Of a stretch of 64,000 nt of DNA, positions 27,934-39,748 are shown one piece after another. Within the stretch, counting starts at the first letter, position 1; every line of letters begins with the position of its first letter. Below the pieces are notes generated by a model, which worked only from the letters and a program-made list of their open reading frames with translations, had not been told where the DNA came from and made no database searches. A program made the position numbers and the translations under genes. Origin of the DNA: an uncultured Candidatus Saccharibacteria bacterium (GTDB lineage: Bacteria > Patescibacteriota > CPR2 > UBA1875 > CAIMLA01); NCBI GenBank assembly GCA_964501135.1, contig CAZCRI010000001.1, positions 128,393 to 192,392 of the forward strand, in the 5' to 3' direction.

Positions 27934-29469
27934 CTACAGTGCAAATCTTTGCTTTGGTCGATATTGGAGTGCCTCGGCGATGTGAGCCGGTTGAATATCG
28001 GTACTTTCAGAGAGATCGGCTATCGTTCGGGCAAGCTTTAGGATTCGATGGTAGCCTCTTGCTGAAAGCCCAAGCTGTTTGCTAGCTGCTTGCAGTAGGT
28101 TGGTACTCTCAGTATCTAACGTACAATATTTCTTAATGTCAGTAAGTGACATCTCACTATTAGTGACCGCCTTGCTCTTTCTAAATCGTTCTTCTTGGAC
28201 CTTTCGCGCGGCCTTCACCCTTGTCAAAATCGCTTCAGATGGCTCACCGCTTTTGTTTTCGGAGAGTTTCTGGTAATCAACCCGGGGTACCTCTAGATGG
28301 ATGTCAATCCGGTCGAGTAATGGTCCAGAGACCTTCTTTTGGTATTTGACTATTTGTCCCAAGGTACAAGTGCACTGCCTTTCGGGGTCAGTGGAGTAGC
28401 CGCAAGGGCATGGATTTTGAGCAGCCACTAGGATAAATTTTGCCGGGAACTCTAGGCTGCCGTTAGCCCTGGAAATTGTAATAGTTCCTTCCTCGAGTGG
28501 TTGTCTCATAACTTCAAGTACGGCTCGCGGGAATTCAGGTAATTCATCAAGGAAGAGAACACCACGGTGCGAAAGACTGATTTCCCCAGGTTTTGGCCAA
28601 CTACCACCACCGATTAGGGCCACGCCACTGGTGGTATGGTGAGGGCTGCGGTAGGGGCGCGTTTGTATCAAAGAGCGTTGCTTGTTGAGGGCTCCTGCAA
28701 TAGAGTAAATTTTAGTAACTTCAAGAGCCTCTTCATAACTAAGTGGTGGCAGGATGGAGCAAAGCGCCTTTGCAAGTAGGGTCTTGCCGGATCCAGGAGG
28801 TCCGTCCATCAGTAAGTTGTGGCCACCGGCTGCTGCTATCTCTAGGGCTCTTTTGGCGTGTTCCTGACCGAGTACCTGGGCAAAATCTATCTCGTAACCT
28901 TTGCTGATTTCCTCCGCAAAGGGTGTAAATGGGGCACTTTCCAGGGGGACTTCTTTTCGGAAATGATTTATAAGATCAGTAAGCGAGCTAGCCCCAAAAA
29001 TTTCGATACCGTCGACAACTGTAGCCTCGGCTACATTAATCTTCGGTACCACAATCGCTTCGAAACCGAGGTCACGAGCTGCAATCACGGTCGTTAGAAT
29101 GCCATTGGTGTGTCTTAGCTTACCGTCGAGTGATAACTCACCAACAAAAATGAATTTTGTGGGATCAAAGTCTAGCTGTCCGCTTGCTAGTAGTATGCCA
29201 ATGGCGATAGGGAGGTCATAGGCTGGACCTTCTTTGCGAATGTCGGCTGGCGCCAGGTTTACTGTAATCCGCTTCTGCGGGAATGTCGTATCGCAGTTTT
29301 TTAGTGCACTGCGGACACGTTCTTTGGATTCTTCGACAGCCTTGTCGGGAAGCCCGACAATCATGAAGCCAGGTAATCCTCCAGAAAGATCGACTTCGAC
29401 CTCTACTTTTTCTGCTGCCAGGCCAATAACAGCCACGGAATTAATCTTTGCAAGCATATTTCCCTCCAA
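27934..29469 (-). CDS. YifB/ComM-family Mg-chelatase-like AAA+ ATPase
   Basis: N-terminal Lon-like domain, Walker [10 protein letters not shown]-terminal ChlI domain. Confidence 0.8.
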   Translation of the reverse strand: MEGNMLAKINSVAVIGLAAEKVEVEVDLSGGLPGFMIVGLPDKAVEESKERVRSALKNCDTTFPQKRITVNLAPADIRKEGPAYDLPIAIGILLASGQLDFDPTKFIFVGELSLDGKLRHTNGILTTVIAARDLGFEAIVVPKINVAEATVVDGIEIFGASSLTDLINHFRKEVPLESAPFTPFAEEISKGYEIDFAQVLGQEHAKRALEIAAAGGHNLLMDGPPGSGKTLLAKALCSILPPLSYEEALEVTKIYSIAGALNKQRSLIQTRPYRSPHHTTSGVALIGGGSWPKPGEISLSHRGVLFLDELPEFPRAVLEVMRQPLEEGTITISRANGSLEFPAKFILVAAQNPCPCGYSTDPERQCTCTLGQIVKYQKKVSGPLLDRIDIHLEVPRVDYQKLSENKSGEPSEAILTRVKAARKVQEERFRKSKAVTNSEMSLTDIKKYCTLDTESTNLLQAASKQLGLSARGYHRILKLARTIADLSESTDIQPAHIAEALQYRPKQRFAL

Positions 29470-29526
29470 ATAATACTTATCTGAAAGGATAATAAATCTA
29501 AGTACTATACAATACTAGTATACAAA

Positions 29527-30096
29527 TTAATATTTTGAGTAATATTGCAGATTACGTAATAGCTCTTGTGTCGGTTTACGGTCAATTGACTTCAGGTATC
29601 CAATTGTATTCTGGTTGATTTGGTTTATACCACTGAGGAGATTTTTCCTGGTTAGCTCGTGTATTGGGCTTAATTCTTGATTGTTACCTGTGGACTCCAT
29701 GAAATCAGCAGCATAGATAATTGCTTGTAGCGTATCCATGGCTGCATCGCCCGAAGTGTGTGTTTCAATCGCCTTTAATACACTCTCGTCGTTGATGTCC
29801 AGTTCTTCGCGCGTGATATTGGCGGCAATCTTTCCATGAGTGATGTAAGGGATTTCTCGCTCTTCTTTTGTCAGTTTCAACTTGTGTTTACTGATATATT
29901 GAGAACTTTGCGTAATCTCCCATTCGCGTGTAAGGTCGTGTAGAGCACCGGCAAGCCAGGCTTTCCCCGTGTCAACCTTGTTGATAACAGCTAATTCGGC
30001 TGCAATCTTTGCGACGCCCAAAGAGTGGTGGCGCCTAGCCTCTGACATGCCATACTTGCTATAAATGTCATTTATATTATCGGTAGAGATTTCCAT
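29527..30096 (-). CDS. HD-domain hydrolase (YqeK-like)
   Basis: H..HSLGVA...ALHDL...H pattern of HD phosphohydrolases. Confidence 0.55.
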   Translation of the reverse strand: MEISTDNINDIYSKYGMSEARRHHSLGVAKIAAELAVINKVDTGKAWLAGALHDLTREWEITQSSQYISKHKLKLTKEEREIPYITHGKIAANITREELDINDESVLKAIETHTSGDAAMDTLQAIIYAADFMESTGNNQELSPIHELTRKNLLSGINQINQNTIGYLKSIDRKPTQELLRNLQYYSKY

Positions 30097-30097
30097 C

Positions 30098-30895
30098 TTA
30101 GATACTTACGGTTTTTGCCGTCTCGGCCCGTTTGATAGCAGCGTCATGAGCGGCGACTTCGATGGTGTCATCGAGAACCGTTAACGGTTCGACGTTGCCG
30201 TACCTTCTGTAGAGAGCACATTGAATCAAATGGTCTGTAAACCAAGGATTTTTTGGTAGTAGACTGCCATGAAGGTAAGTACCATATGCGTTTTTATAGA
30301 TTGCACCTTCGTAGCTACCGTCTCCTTTGTTGCCGAATCCACGAGTAACGTAGCCAAGCGGTTTGGTGTTACCAGAGAGTTGAGTTTTGCCACTGTGATT
30401 TTCGAAACCTACTAGGGTGTTGTGGCCACTAACACTTGGAGGTGTTCTAAACTGGTTTTCCCATTCGGTGAGTGTGTGAGAAATATCAATTACAACATTT
30501 CCGATCAGGCGTTTATTTCCCGCAATTGTCGTGGCGTCAAATACTCCGATACCTGGGATTTTGTCTCCGGTACTGGTTTGGAAGTAGTGACCAAAAAGCT
30601 GAAAACCACCACATATTAGTAGGGCCGCAGCACCTTCATCGATAGCGTCTTTGATAGCGGGTTCTTTGGCCACAAGGTCGCTGGTAACAATCTTCTGGCC
30701 GCTGTCTTGGCCGCCGCCCATGTATATAAGGTCTGCTTTCTGAAAGTCTACGTTGTCACCAACATGAACGTTTACGACCTCTGTTTCAATCTCACGCCAT
30801 TCACAACGTTTGGTAATGGCGATAATGTTACCCAGGTCTCCATAGAGATTCATGGCATCTGGGTATAGGTGAAAAATTGTAATTTTTTTGGCCAT
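30098..30895 (-). CDS. gatD: lipid II isoglutaminyl synthase, glutaminase subunit (GatD)
   Basis: GATase1-like with conserved ICGGFQLFG (Cys nucleophile) and YLHGSLLPKN; immediately downstream of murT. Confidence 0.8.
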   Translation of the reverse strand: MAKKITIFHLYPDAMNLYGDLGNIIAITKRCEWREIETEVVNVHVGDNVDFQKADLIYMGGGQDSGQKIVTSDLVAKEPAIKDAIDEGAAALLICGGFQLFGHYFQTSTGDKIPGIGVFDATTIAGNKRLIGNVVIDISHTLTEWENQFRTPPSVSGHNTLVGFENHSGKTQLSGNTKPLGYVTRGFGNKGDGSYEGAIYKNAYGTYLHGSLLPKNPWFTDHLIQCALYRRYGNVEPLTVLDDTIEVAAHDAAIKRAETAKTVSI

Positions 30896-32262
30896 TACTC
30901 TAGATATCCTTTCACTAGATGTCGATTAGCGAGAATTCGACGAATCTCGAGCATCGCTGTATATGTTGGCAGGATGTACAGGGTTTCGCCATCCTTTGTC
31001 ATTGAGAGAGCAGAATCAAGAGCCGCTGCGGTATTTTTCTCGAGAATAATACCTTTGGTGGTGAAGCCAGCATACTTAAAACGAAGTAGCATGTCTTCGG
31101 CGCGGACACCGGTAATAGTGACTGGTCCCAGGTGGTTCTTGAGGATTTCCATTTCGGAATCCCAAATCCAAGAAATATCGGTACCATCAGCAAAATTATC
31201 GTTTAGAGCGATAAGAAGGTTCTTTTTATTATCATCAAAAGTGAGAGTCTCAATGGTCTGAGTGAAGCCTGTAGGGTTTTTTACAAGCATTAGAAAGATA
31301 TTTTTGTTTCCAACGGCAATCTTTTCCATTCTCCCGAAGGCTGCCGAAACATTGGTAAGGGCATAGGCGATAGATTGTCCGGGAATACCGTAAAAGTCTG
31401 CCACGGCTGCCGCAGTAAGGGCGTTGTAAAGATTATAGAGCCCCGGGAGAGTCACTTGGATACGGGTCTTGTGGCGTGCCTCCGCAAAGGTCGCTCCAGA
31501 CATTTCGGTTTGTAGATTCAGTTCTGTAAGGGCGTAATTCAATTTTGGTCTGGCAAGGCCACAGTTCGGACATTTGTAGTTTCCAAGGTGACCAAAATAC
31601 CTTGGCGCAAAAGTAAGTTCATGGCCGCAGACTAGACAAGTACGGCTATCGATTGCACCGGTAGATTTGGTAGTGTATTTGTCGTTTATACCAAAGTATA
31701 GGGCTTTTGGATTATCGTTACCAAGGCTTGCAACGAGTGGGTCATCGGCATTGAGAAGTAGAGTAGCCTCGGGAGCCATTTTGATCGCTTTCTCAATAAT
31801 AGCTGCAGTCTTATCTACCTCGCCGTATCTATCTAGTTGGTCACGAAAGAGATTAGTAACCACAATGAGTTTTGGTTTCACTAGAGCCACAATCTCTGGC
31901 ATGGTAGCTTCGTCTACTTCAAAGAGGCCGACCTCGCCATCGATCTTTGTTCCCCAGAAGTTGGTTTTTTGAATGAGAAAAGAGGCAATACCGCGCGCTA
32001 GGTTGCTGCCACTAAAGTTATAGATTACTTTGTGCCCCGCCGCTTCGAGGATACCGGCAATCATTTTGCTACTGGTCGTTTTGCCGTTTGTACCGGTAAC
32101 TAAGATAATACCGCCAGGCAGCATGTCCGAGAGTTTGGTGATAATAGCAGGGTCTACCTTTTGGGCTACCAGGCCCGGTAGGGCGGAGCCGCTACCTTTT
32201 CCGGTACTTTGGCTAAGGGCTCGGGCAAACTCAGCTATTAAAATTGCAAAGAATTTACGCAT
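30895..32262 (-). CDS. murT: lipid II isoglutaminyl synthase, Mur-ligase-like subunit (MurT)
   Basis: Mur ligase P-loop GTNGKTTSSKM, Cys4 zinc ribbon CLVCGHEL...CPNCG, DUF1727-like C-terminus. Confidence 0.8.
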   Translation of the reverse strand: MRKFFAILIAEFARALSQSTGKGSGSALPGLVAQKVDPAIITKLSDMLPGGIILVTGTNGKTTSSKMIAGILEAAGHKVIYNFSGSNLARGIASFLIQKTNFWGTKIDGEVGLFEVDEATMPEIVALVKPKLIVVTNLFRDQLDRYGEVDKTAAIIEKAIKMAPEATLLLNADDPLVASLGNDNPKALYFGINDKYTTKSTGAIDSRTCLVCGHELTFAPRYFGHLGNYKCPNCGLARPKLNYALTELNLQTEMSGATFAEARHKTRIQVTLPGLYNLYNALTAAAVADFYGIPGQSIAYALTNVSAAFGRMEKIAVGNKNIFLMLVKNPTGFTQTIETLTFDDNKKNLLIALNDNFADGTDISWIWDSEMEILKNHLGPVTITGVRAEDMLLRFKYAGFTTKGIILEKNTAAALDSALSMTKDGETLYILPTYTAMLEIRRILANRHLVKGYLE

Positions 32263-32288
32263 GAGCTAATTATATATCAAAAAACGGA

Positions 32289-33191
32289 CTAGTGCGAAGC
32301 GAGGAAATTTACTACAGCAGATTCTGCTTCTTGCGCACTCTCAATCCAGGTGATATCTGGATTTTTGCGTAACCAGGTGAGCTGACGCTTGGCATAATTT
32401 CGGTGTGCTTGCTTGGTTTTATCTTTCGCTTCATCAAGTGTAATCTCGCCGTCGAGACACTGGATAACTTGCTTGTAGCCAGCTGAGTTGAGCGCTGTAG
32501 AGTGCTCGTAGATCCTGTGGAGTGACTTTACCTCTTCGACAAGTCCAGAGAGAAACATCGCATCGACGCGCTTATCGATTGAGTTATATAATTCTGTGCG
32601 ATCGCGGTTTACGGCGAGATAGAGTACGTTGCTTGGGAGTTCCTGACGATTTTTCTGTGCTGATAGTGGTTTTCCGGTGGCTTCAAAGACCTCTATTTCC
32701 CTAATGAGCCGTCGTTTGTTGTGTTTATCTACCGTCCATTCGCATTCTGTATCGTAATTACAAAGTTGTTTGTATAATTCTTCAGCACTTTTTGCCTCTA
32801 GTTTTTCGCGGAGTGAAGGATTCGGTTTGACTTCGGGAATCTCAAAGCCATAAACGAGAGCGTCAATGTAGAGTACGGCACCGCCAACTATAAACGGTAT
32901 ATTACCGCGGTCGTGAATCACTGCGATTAACTTATTGGCAAGTTCGCAGAAAATGGCAACATTAAATTCTTCATCTGGGTTTACAATATCCAAAAGATGA
33001 TGGGGGATACCCAGGATTTCGTTTGTTTTTGGTTTGTCAGTGCCAATATCCAAACCATGGTAAACAGTGGTGGAATCGGCACAAATTACCTCAACATTTC
33101 CTAGCTTCCGCGCAATTTCTAGGGATATGGCGGTCTTACCGCTGGCGGTAGGTCCCGTGATTACTATTACTGGTTTATTTTGGAAGCTCAT
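32289..33191 (-). CDS. miaA: tRNA dimethylallyltransferase
   Basis: P-loop GPTASGKT, ADSTTVYHGLDIGTDKP. Confidence 0.85.
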   Translation of the reverse strand: MSFQNKPVIVITGPTASGKTAISLEIARKLGNVEVICADSTTVYHGLDIGTDKPKTNEILGIPHHLLDIVNPDEEFNVAIFCELANKLIAVIHDRGNIPFIVGGAVLYIDALVYGFEIPEVKPNPSLREKLEAKSAEELYKQLCNYDTECEWTVDKHNKRRLIREIEVFEATGKPLSAQKNRQELPSNVLYLAVNRDRTELYNSIDKRVDAMFLSGLVEEVKSLHRIYEHSTALNSAGYKQVIQCLDGEITLDEAKDKTKQAHRNYAKRQLTWLRKNPDITWIESAQEAESAVVNFLASH

Positions 33192-34017
33192 TCTCTAGTT
33201 TCTCGATATGTCTTACGACAGCATCAATTGAAAAGTCGGGGGTCGAGGCACCAGCTGCGATTCCGACGGTGGAAACCCCGGTGAACCAATCCTTTTGAAT
33301 TTCTGATTCGTTTAGAATGTGATGTGTAGCAACATTCTTCTCCGCCACTTCACGTAATCTGGTAGTATTTGACGATTCCTTGCCACCAACAATAATCATT
33401 AGATCAACTTCTTTAGACAAATTCTGAACTTCGTTTTGATTATTTTCGGTAGCGCCGCAGATTGTGTTTACGGTCTCTACATTCGGATATTTATTGCAAA
33501 GAAAAACAGAGATTTCGTGGAATTTCGAGGTGCTTTGGGTGGTTTGCGAGATAAAGAGGATGTTTTTGTCTTTATCGATCTCTGGGATATCTTTAATGTC
33601 GCCAACTACATGAGCTGTAGGGGCATAACTTACGACACTGACAATTTCTGGGTGATTAGTCTCGCCTAAAATTAGTACCTCATAGCCTCGTTTCGCATGA
33701 TCAGCGGCTAGCTTCTGAACCTTTTTTACAAACGGGCAAGTAGCATCGACGACTTCTAGGTTCTTGGCGGAGAGCTTGCTCTCGAGCTCCTTGGTAATGC
33801 CATGGGTGCGAGTAATGATTTTGTTGGTTACAATTTCTTCCGGGGTATTGGCTACCGTAATTCCAGAGTCCTGCAAAGTACGGATGTATTCTGGATTATG
33901 GATTAGCGGTCCGAAAGTCTGAATATTGTCACCCGATTTTGCTTCGGTCATAGTCATCTCGGCAGCACGGCGAACGCCAAAACAAAAACCAGCTCCCTTG
34001 GCAACGATTATATTCAT
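33175..34017 (-). CDS. ispH: 4-hydroxy-3-methylbut-2-enyl diphosphate reductase
   Basis: [18 protein letters not shown]...LIHNPE...SSNT motifs. Confidence 0.85.
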   Translation of the reverse strand: MNIIVAKGAGFCFGVRRAAEMTMTEAKSGDNIQTFGPLIHNPEYIRTLQDSGITVANTPEEIVTNKIITRTHGITKELESKLSAKNLEVVDATCPFVKKVQKLAADHAKRGYEVLILGETNHPEIVSVVSYAPTAHVVGDIKDIPEIDKDKNILFISQTTQSTSKFHEISVFLCNKYPNVETVNTICGATENNQNEVQNLSKEVDLMIIVGGKESSNTTRLREVAEKNVATHHILNESEIQKDWFTGVSTVGIAAGASTPDFSIDAVVRHIEKLENELPK

Positions 34018-35060
34018 AGTTTTGCAATCTCTTCGAGAAGAGCAGGTAACAGCTCGTTTTCTGGTAGGGTTCTAAGGACGATACCTTTTTTGAAGATAAC
34101 TCCGGCTCCCTTGCCTCCCGCAACACCAATATCGGCTTCTTTGGCCTCACCAGGACCGTTTACCACACATCCCATGACCGCTACAGTGACAGGTTTATCA
34201 ATCTTTTCTAGCTCTTTCTCAACGGCATTTGCAAGAGCAATCAGATCTATTTCGGTACGACCGCAGGTAGGACAAGAGACGAGGTTGGCACCTTTTTCAC
34301 GCAGCCCCAAAGCCTTTAGTATTTCCCAGGCAACACGGACTTCTTCTACCGGATTTGCAGTGAGTGAAACGCGTAAGGTATCTCCGATGCCGTCAGCAAG
34401 AATGATTCCAAGCCCGACAGAGCTTTTAATAATTCCTACTTTTGGAGTCCCAGCTTCGGTAATCCCGAGATGCAGTGGATAATCAACTTCTTTGGAAAGT
34501 AGGCGATAGGCTTCTACAGTACGAGTAACGTCAGAAGCTTTGAGGGAAATTACAATGTCGTGAAAGTCATGCTTTTCGAGGATACGGATATGATGTAGGG
34601 CGCTCTCCGCCATGGCTTTTGCCGTTCGACCATATTTTTCCTCGAGGTGACGTTCGAGTGATCCTATATTGACGCCGATACGGATTGGAACCTTATGTTT
34701 TTTACAGGCATCGACAACGGCTTTTACTTTATCTTCCGAGCCGATATTTCCGGGATTAATGCGGATTTTATCCACACCCTGAGCGATACACTCAAGCGCT
34801 AGTTTGTAATCAAAGTGAATATCGGCGACGAGCGGAATATCGATCCCGGCCTTGATATCGCCAATCTTTTTTGCGGCTGCCATGTCTGGGACTGCAACGC
34901 GAACAATCTCACAGCCTGCCATGGTGAGTTCTTTGATTTGTTTTATGGTTGCGAAGGCATCACGAGTGTCCGTATTTGTCATCGATTGGACAGCTACGGG
35001 GTGTTTACCTCCGATAGTTACGTTTCCGATACGTACTTTTCTAGTTGTTTTTCGTTTCAT
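34014..35060 (-). CDS. ispG: 4-hydroxy-3-methylbut-2-en-1-yl diphosphate synthase
   Basis: [22 protein letters not shown]; C-terminal Cys cluster CPTCGR. Confidence 0.85.
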   Translation of the reverse strand: MKRKTTRKVRIGNVTIGGKHPVAVQSMTNTDTRDAFATIKQIKELTMAGCEIVRVAVPDMAAAKKIGDIKAGIDIPLVADIHFDYKLALECIAQGVDKIRINPGNIGSEDKVKAVVDACKKHKVPIRIGVNIGSLERHLEEKYGRTAKAMAESALHHIRILEKHDFHDIVISLKASDVTRTVEAYRLLSKEVDYPLHLGITEAGTPKVGIIKSSVGLGIILADGIGDTLRVSLTANPVEEVRVAWEILKALGLREKGANLVSCPTCGRTEIDLIALANAVEKELEKIDKPVTVAVMGCVVNGPGEAKEADIGVAGGKGAGVIFKKGIVLRTLPENELLPALLEEIAKL

Positions 35061-35129
35061 ATATAAGAGTCAGCTTGTTAATTTGACTTTCGTATTATAC
35101 ACTAAAATCAAGTAAATTAGGAGAGAAAG

Positions 35130-35450
35130 ATGGCAGAAGCAGTAAGACCAGAAGACTTCGACGAACCTGAGTTGACTTGGGGAAATGACGAATTAGGGGT
35201 TGAGGCAACGGGACAAAATGACCCGGCTGTGGCAGAACTGAAAGAGCAGAGAAGACTGGCAAGGGATAGAAAGTTTTTGGTAGATAAAGAAGTAGGCCTA
35301 ATTGTTGAGAGCACAAAAGCTGATATCAAACCACCGAAGCATCTTGATGATCCAATCCATGCTCGGGAACTACCGCTACCTGACCCTAGAAATAATAGAT
35401 CTGATAAGGATCATCCGTGGTATGAAGGGACTTCAGAACTTCCCAATTAA
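35130..35450 (+). CDS. acidic hypothetical protein (106 aa)
   Basis: GGAGAGAAAG RBS before ATG; no recognisable domain. Confidence 0.45.
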   Translation: MAEAVRPEDFDEPELTWGNDELGVEATGQNDPAVAELKEQRRLARDRKFLVDKEVGLIVESTKADIKPPKHLDDPIHARELPLPDPRNNRSDKDHPWYEGTSELPN

Positions 35451-36731
35451 TTTCCAGCTACTTGCAGATTCTATTTTTACATCAATAAACTGGCCAATCT
35501 TTAGGGGTTGGTCAGTTTTAATCTCTACCACTTTGTATCCCTCGGTGCGTCCAAAATATTTGTTTCCCTTTTGTTCATCGATGAGGATTTTTTGAATAGT
35601 GCCTACGAATTTCTGATTATGTTTAAGTACACTGGTTTTTACGATTTCTTGCAGAATACCTTCGCGCCGTTTCTTCTCTTCTTTCATGACATTATCTGGC
35701 AGTTTGGCACTGACGGTACCGGAGCGGGGAGAGTACTGAGCAATGAAGGCCATGTCATAATCGGCTTTACGCATAGTATTGGCAGTATCTTGGAACTGAT
35801 CATCGGTTTCTCCGGGATAGCCGACGATAACATCAGTAGTTAGGGTAACGTCTGGCAGCGCGTGACGTATCTTCGCTACTAATGCTAGGTAGTCCTTCTG
35901 TGTGTTGTGGCGATTCATCTTCTGCAAAATTTCATCATTTCCAGATTGGAGTGGCAGGTGGATATAGTGTGGAAAGTGCTTTAATTTTACTAGCGTATCG
36001 ATCAGCTCCTCGGTCATATCCTTTGGGTGGTTGGAATAGAAATAGATTCGGTGATCACCAAGGATAGAGTCGAGCTTGCAGATAAGCTCAATAAACGGTG
36101 AATTATCTGCCTTGTCACCAGTGAGGTCGTGACCATACGAATTCACGTTTTGGCCAACTAGGGTGATTTCTTTATAGCCACTAGTAACTAAAGTTATTAC
36201 TTCATCGTAGATATCCGTAACAGGCCTCGATGTCTCCCTGCCTTTAGTGTAAGGGACAGCACAATAACTGCAGAAGTTGTCACACCCCACGCTGATTGGA
36301 ACGTAGGCACGGAATGATGATTCGTAATGTGGTGCAACCTTAAAGTATTCGACCGAATCTTTCTCTGAATTGCTGTCTTCAGTAGTAAAAGTAGCGGCAG
36401 CGGTTATTTTTGCGGGTAAACTTTCAATTTGTTTTGTTTGAAGCATGACGTCAAAGACTTTGCCAAGCTTTTTAGCATCTTTATCGAGGACGCAGCCAGT
36501 AAGTACAGTGATTAGTTTTTCTCCCGTGTCTTTTCGGTTTTTGAGATCTTTTACCTTGCCATAGATGCGGAGAATTGCCGACTCTCGGACGGAACAAGAG
36601 ATAACGATAAAGATGTCGGCCTCGGATTCGTCGTATGTTCTAGTATGACCGGCAGCATCAAGAACAGCGGCAATCCTTTCGGAGTCCGAGTAGTTCATTG
36701 CGCAGCCGAGAATCCAAAAATAATATTTCAT
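35433..36731 (-). CDS. miaB: MiaB-family radical SAM methylthiotransferase (tRNA i6A37 methylthiolation), with TRAM domain
   Basis: MTTase N-domain (ILGCAMN), radical SAM CDNFCSYC, C-terminal TRAM; ORF extends to 36749 but MKYYF start preferred. Confidence 0.75.
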   Translation of the reverse strand: MKYYFWILGCAMNYSDSERIAAVLDAAGHTRTYDESEADIFIVISCSVRESAILRIYGKVKDLKNRKDTGEKLITVLTGCVLDKDAKKLGKVFDVMLQTKQIESLPAKITAAATFTTEDSNSEKDSVEYFKVAPHYESSFRAYVPISVGCDNFCSYCAVPYTKGRETSRPVTDIYDEVITLVTSGYKEITLVGQNVNSYGHDLTGDKADNSPFIELICKLDSILGDHRIYFYSNHPKDMTEELIDTLVKLKHFPHYIHLPLQSGNDEILQKMNRHNTQKDYLALVAKIRHALPDVTLTTDVIVGYPGETDDQFQDTANTMRKADYDMAFIAQYSPRSGTVSAKLPDNVMKEEKKRREGILQEIVKTSVLKHNQKFVGTIQKILIDEQKGNKYFGRTEGYKVVEIKTDQPLKIGQFIDVKIESASSWKLIGKF

Positions 36732-36908
36732 AGAGCGTAATTCTAGCACAAAAGGCGCCTTTACTCTAGCTTATCTGCTGATCATCTTATATCTGGTATC
36801 AGGTCAAAGATAGGAGTTTCTAACTTAATTAAAGTCTATATAATTCAGCTCATAGTCGACTATTGCCATCCTAGTGTTTGTAGCACCAATAACAGGCGTC
36901 AGGATTTG

Positions 36909-38042
36909 CTATTTAAACTTTTTGAGCTCATTAGAGATAGTCTCCACAACCCTACGGTCGAAAATAGAGGGGATTATGTTATTTTCGGTTGGGTCTGCAA
37001 CCAGTGAAGCGATTGCCTCCGCCACAGTAACCTTGATGTCGTTAGTGACGTGTTTGATATTGTTGTCTAAAAGTCCACGAAAGAGGCCAGGAAAAACCAA
37101 AGCATTGTTTAGCTGATTCGGAAAATCAGACCTTCCGGTTGCTATGACTTTTGCCCCGCCCTTTGCAGCCTCTTCTGGCAGAATCTCTGGAATCGGATTT
37201 GCAAGGGCGAAAACGATGGCATTATCGTTCATGGTTTCTATGTCTTTTGAATCAAATTGGTTTGGCTGAGAAACACCAATTAATACATCTGCGCCAGCAA
37301 GGGAAAGTGCACAGGCTCCTGATTGGCAGCTATGATTACTGCGTGCCAAAGCCTCCTTTTTGTAGCCGTTGAGGTCGGTTCTATCTGCAGAAATTGTACC
37401 TCGTGAGTCGCACATACAATAATTCGTAAATCCGTAGCTAGCGAGTAGTTCTGCTATGGCGATTCCTGCCGCACCGGCTCCAGAGATTACGATTTTTACA
37501 CTCTTGTCTTTGCCTACTACCTTGATTGCATTAATGAGTCCGGCCAGAACGACAATAGCTGTTCCGTGTTGATCATCGTGGAAAACTGGAATATTAAGTT
37601 CATTTTCTAGGCGTCTCTCAATCTCAAAACAACGTGGAGCAGAGATATCTTCGAGGTTGATGCCGCCAAAAGACGGTTCTAGGTATTTGATAGTTTTAAT
37701 GATTTCTTCTGTATCTTGGGTATTGAGGCAGATTGACGAGGCATCAATTTTTGCAAACTGGGAGAAAATAGCCGCCTTACCTTCCATCACTGGCATCGCC
37801 GCTTCTGGGCCGATGTTACCAAGACCTAGAACTGCGGAGCCGTCGGTAACTATAGCTACTCTGTTTCTGCGACCTGTAAGTTCCCAACTCAGCGAGTTGT
37901 CTTTGGCAATCGCTGCTGAAACCGCCCCAACCCCGGGAGTATAAGCTATAGGTAGTGTGGTTTCGTCAAGTTTTACTTTTGAGGAAACGTGGGTTTTTCC
38001 CACCAGGTTTTTATGGAACTGTATTGGATCAAGGTTTTTCAT
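36909..38042 (-). CDS. NAD(P)-dependent malic enzyme (short bacterial form)
   Basis: LAYTPGVG...[17 protein letters not shown]...[10 protein letters not shown] Rossmann. Confidence 0.8.
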   Translation of the reverse strand: MKNLDPIQFHKNLVGKTHVSSKVKLDETTLPIAYTPGVGAVSAAIAKDNSLSWELTGRRNRVAIVTDGSAVLGLGNIGPEAAMPVMEGKAAIFSQFAKIDASSICLNTQDTEEIIKTIKYLEPSFGGINLEDISAPRCFEIERRLENELNIPVFHDDQHGTAIVVLAGLINAIKVVGKDKSVKIVISGAGAAGIAIAELLASYGFTNYCMCDSRGTISADRTDLNGYKKEALARSNHSCQSGACALSLAGADVLIGVSQPNQFDSKDIETMNDNAIVFALANPIPEILPEEAAKGGAKVIATGRSDFPNQLNNALVFPGLFRGLLDNNIKHVTNDIKVTVAEAIASLVADPTENNIIPSIFDRRVVETISNELKKFK

Positions 38043-38106
38043 TCGTGTATTTTACCACTCTTCCACCCTCTGGTACAATTGGTTGGTAATAGAAGGAGCC
38101 AGACAA

Positions 38107-39350
38107 TGTCCGAAACGAACCCTTATGATCAGGCGCTAGGTCAATTGGCAGCAGCTGCCAAGATTATGCCCATCGAAGAAGATGTGCTAAGTGTTTTACG
38201 AAGTCCAAAGAAGATAATGCTAGCTTCGATTCCAGTGAAGATGGATGACGGCTCGGTCCAGGTATTCGAGGGCTATCGGGTCCAACATAACGACGCTAGG
38301 GGCCCACACAAGGGCGGAATTCGTTTTCATCCTCACGTGGATCTGTCTGAGGTAAAGGCACTGGCCTTTTGGATGAGCATCAAGACAGCAGTACTCGATG
38401 TGCCTTTTGGGGGCGCCAAGGGCGGTGTGACGGTAGATCCAAAAAGATTGTCGAAGGGCGAGCTCGAAAGACTTTCACGCGGCTATGTGAGAGCATTCTA
38501 TCCAATCATTGGCCCTAGGCAAGACATTCCGGCACCCGACGTATACACAAATCCACAAATCATGGCCTGGATGATGGATGAGTACTCGACGATTTCCGGC
38601 TCACACGAACCGGGTTCCTTTACTGGTAAACCTCTTGAGGTTGGTGGTTCGATAGATCGCGATACCGCCACAGCGCAGGGGGGTGTTTATGTCCTTGAGG
38701 AGGCAATTAAACACTATTTGCCAAAGAAAAAGCAATATACGGTAGCAATCCAGGGTTTTGGAAATGCCGGTGCAGTTGCTGCTGAGATACTTTATTATCT
38801 CGATGACAAGTACAAGATAGTGGCGGTTTCTGACTCCAAAGGTGGGGTTTATGACGAGAAGGGCCTCGATATTCCTTTTGCAATTGGCTACAAGAAAGAA
38901 AATGGCAATCTTACTGATTATGATAACGCCAAGACAATCTCAAATGATGATCTGCTAGCCCTAGATGTCGACATTTTGATTCCAGCCGCTTTTGAGGATA
39001 CTATTACCTCTAAAAATGCCGGGAGTGTAAGGGCAAAGGTAATTTTGGAGCTTGCCAATGGGCCTGTTACGGCTGCTGCAGAGAAGATAATATTGGCAAA
39101 AGGAAGTACTATTCTCCCAGATATCTTGGCGAATGCCGGAGGTGTCACAGTCAGTTATTTTGAGTGGGTTCAGAACAATAGTGGTTTATACTGGGATTCG
39201 GAAGAAGTCCAGAGTAGACTTTCGGCAAAAATGGCAGCCTCACTGAGCGCTGTAATGGATTTGGCGAAAGAGTATCACACAGATCTACGAACCGCGGCAT
39301 ACCTACTTGCAGTCTCGAGGATTGCAAGAGCACAGGACCTTCGTGGTTAA
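38107..39350 (+). CDS. glutamate dehydrogenase (Glu/Leu/Phe/Val DH family)
   Basis: KGGIRFHP...GGAKGG catalytic motif, GFGNAGA Rossmann; GGAG RBS before ATG 38107 (ORF extends upstream to 37989 overlapping convergent gene). Confidence 0.85.
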
Positions 39351-39382
39351 AGTTTCATCGTAATTGACATCAAAAAAGCTGA

Positions 39383-39748
39383 CTAGATTTCGTCAGCCTT
39401 TTTGATGTCTGTAACAAACAGGGCAAGTGATGGCTCGTTGTAGTACGATTCCAGGCAGAAGATCGGCTTTTTTAGCGCTGTAGCATAACCAATTTCCTGC
39501 ATCATTGATTTACCGAGCTCGCCCTCATAGTTCAAAACATAAAGCGCGTCAGCCGCTTGGAGTTCACGATAGTATTCACGCACTGCTTCTAGGTACTGGG
39601 TTTCGTTTATTTCCAGTCCGCTCTTGCCAAACAAGCGAAGGTCGATGTCCAGTGGCGTAATGCACTTGTGGCCATTCTTTTCTAGAGTACTTTTAATCTC
39701 CGCCCACTGATCCCAGTATTTATACTTTGAGCAAAGGAGAAACTTCAT
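39383..39748 (-). CDS. hypothetical protein, possibly nucleoside 2-deoxyribosyltransferase-like Rossmann fold
   Basis: 121 aa; ADALYVLN...GKSMMQEIGYATALKKPIF resembles NDT-superfamily C-terminal motif. Confidence 0.4.
   Translation of the reverse strand: MKFLLCSKYKYWDQWAEIKSTLEKNGHKCITPLDIDLRLFGKSGLEINETQYLEAVREYYRELQAADALYVLNYEGELGKSMMQEIGYATALKKPIFCLESYYNEPSLALFVTDIKKADEI

Noticed and set aside
37989-38106. Extended N-terminus of the glutamate dehydrogenase ORF
   Set aside because: It overlaps the convergent malic enzyme gene. ATG 38107 has a GGAG RBS and a typical GDH N-terminus.
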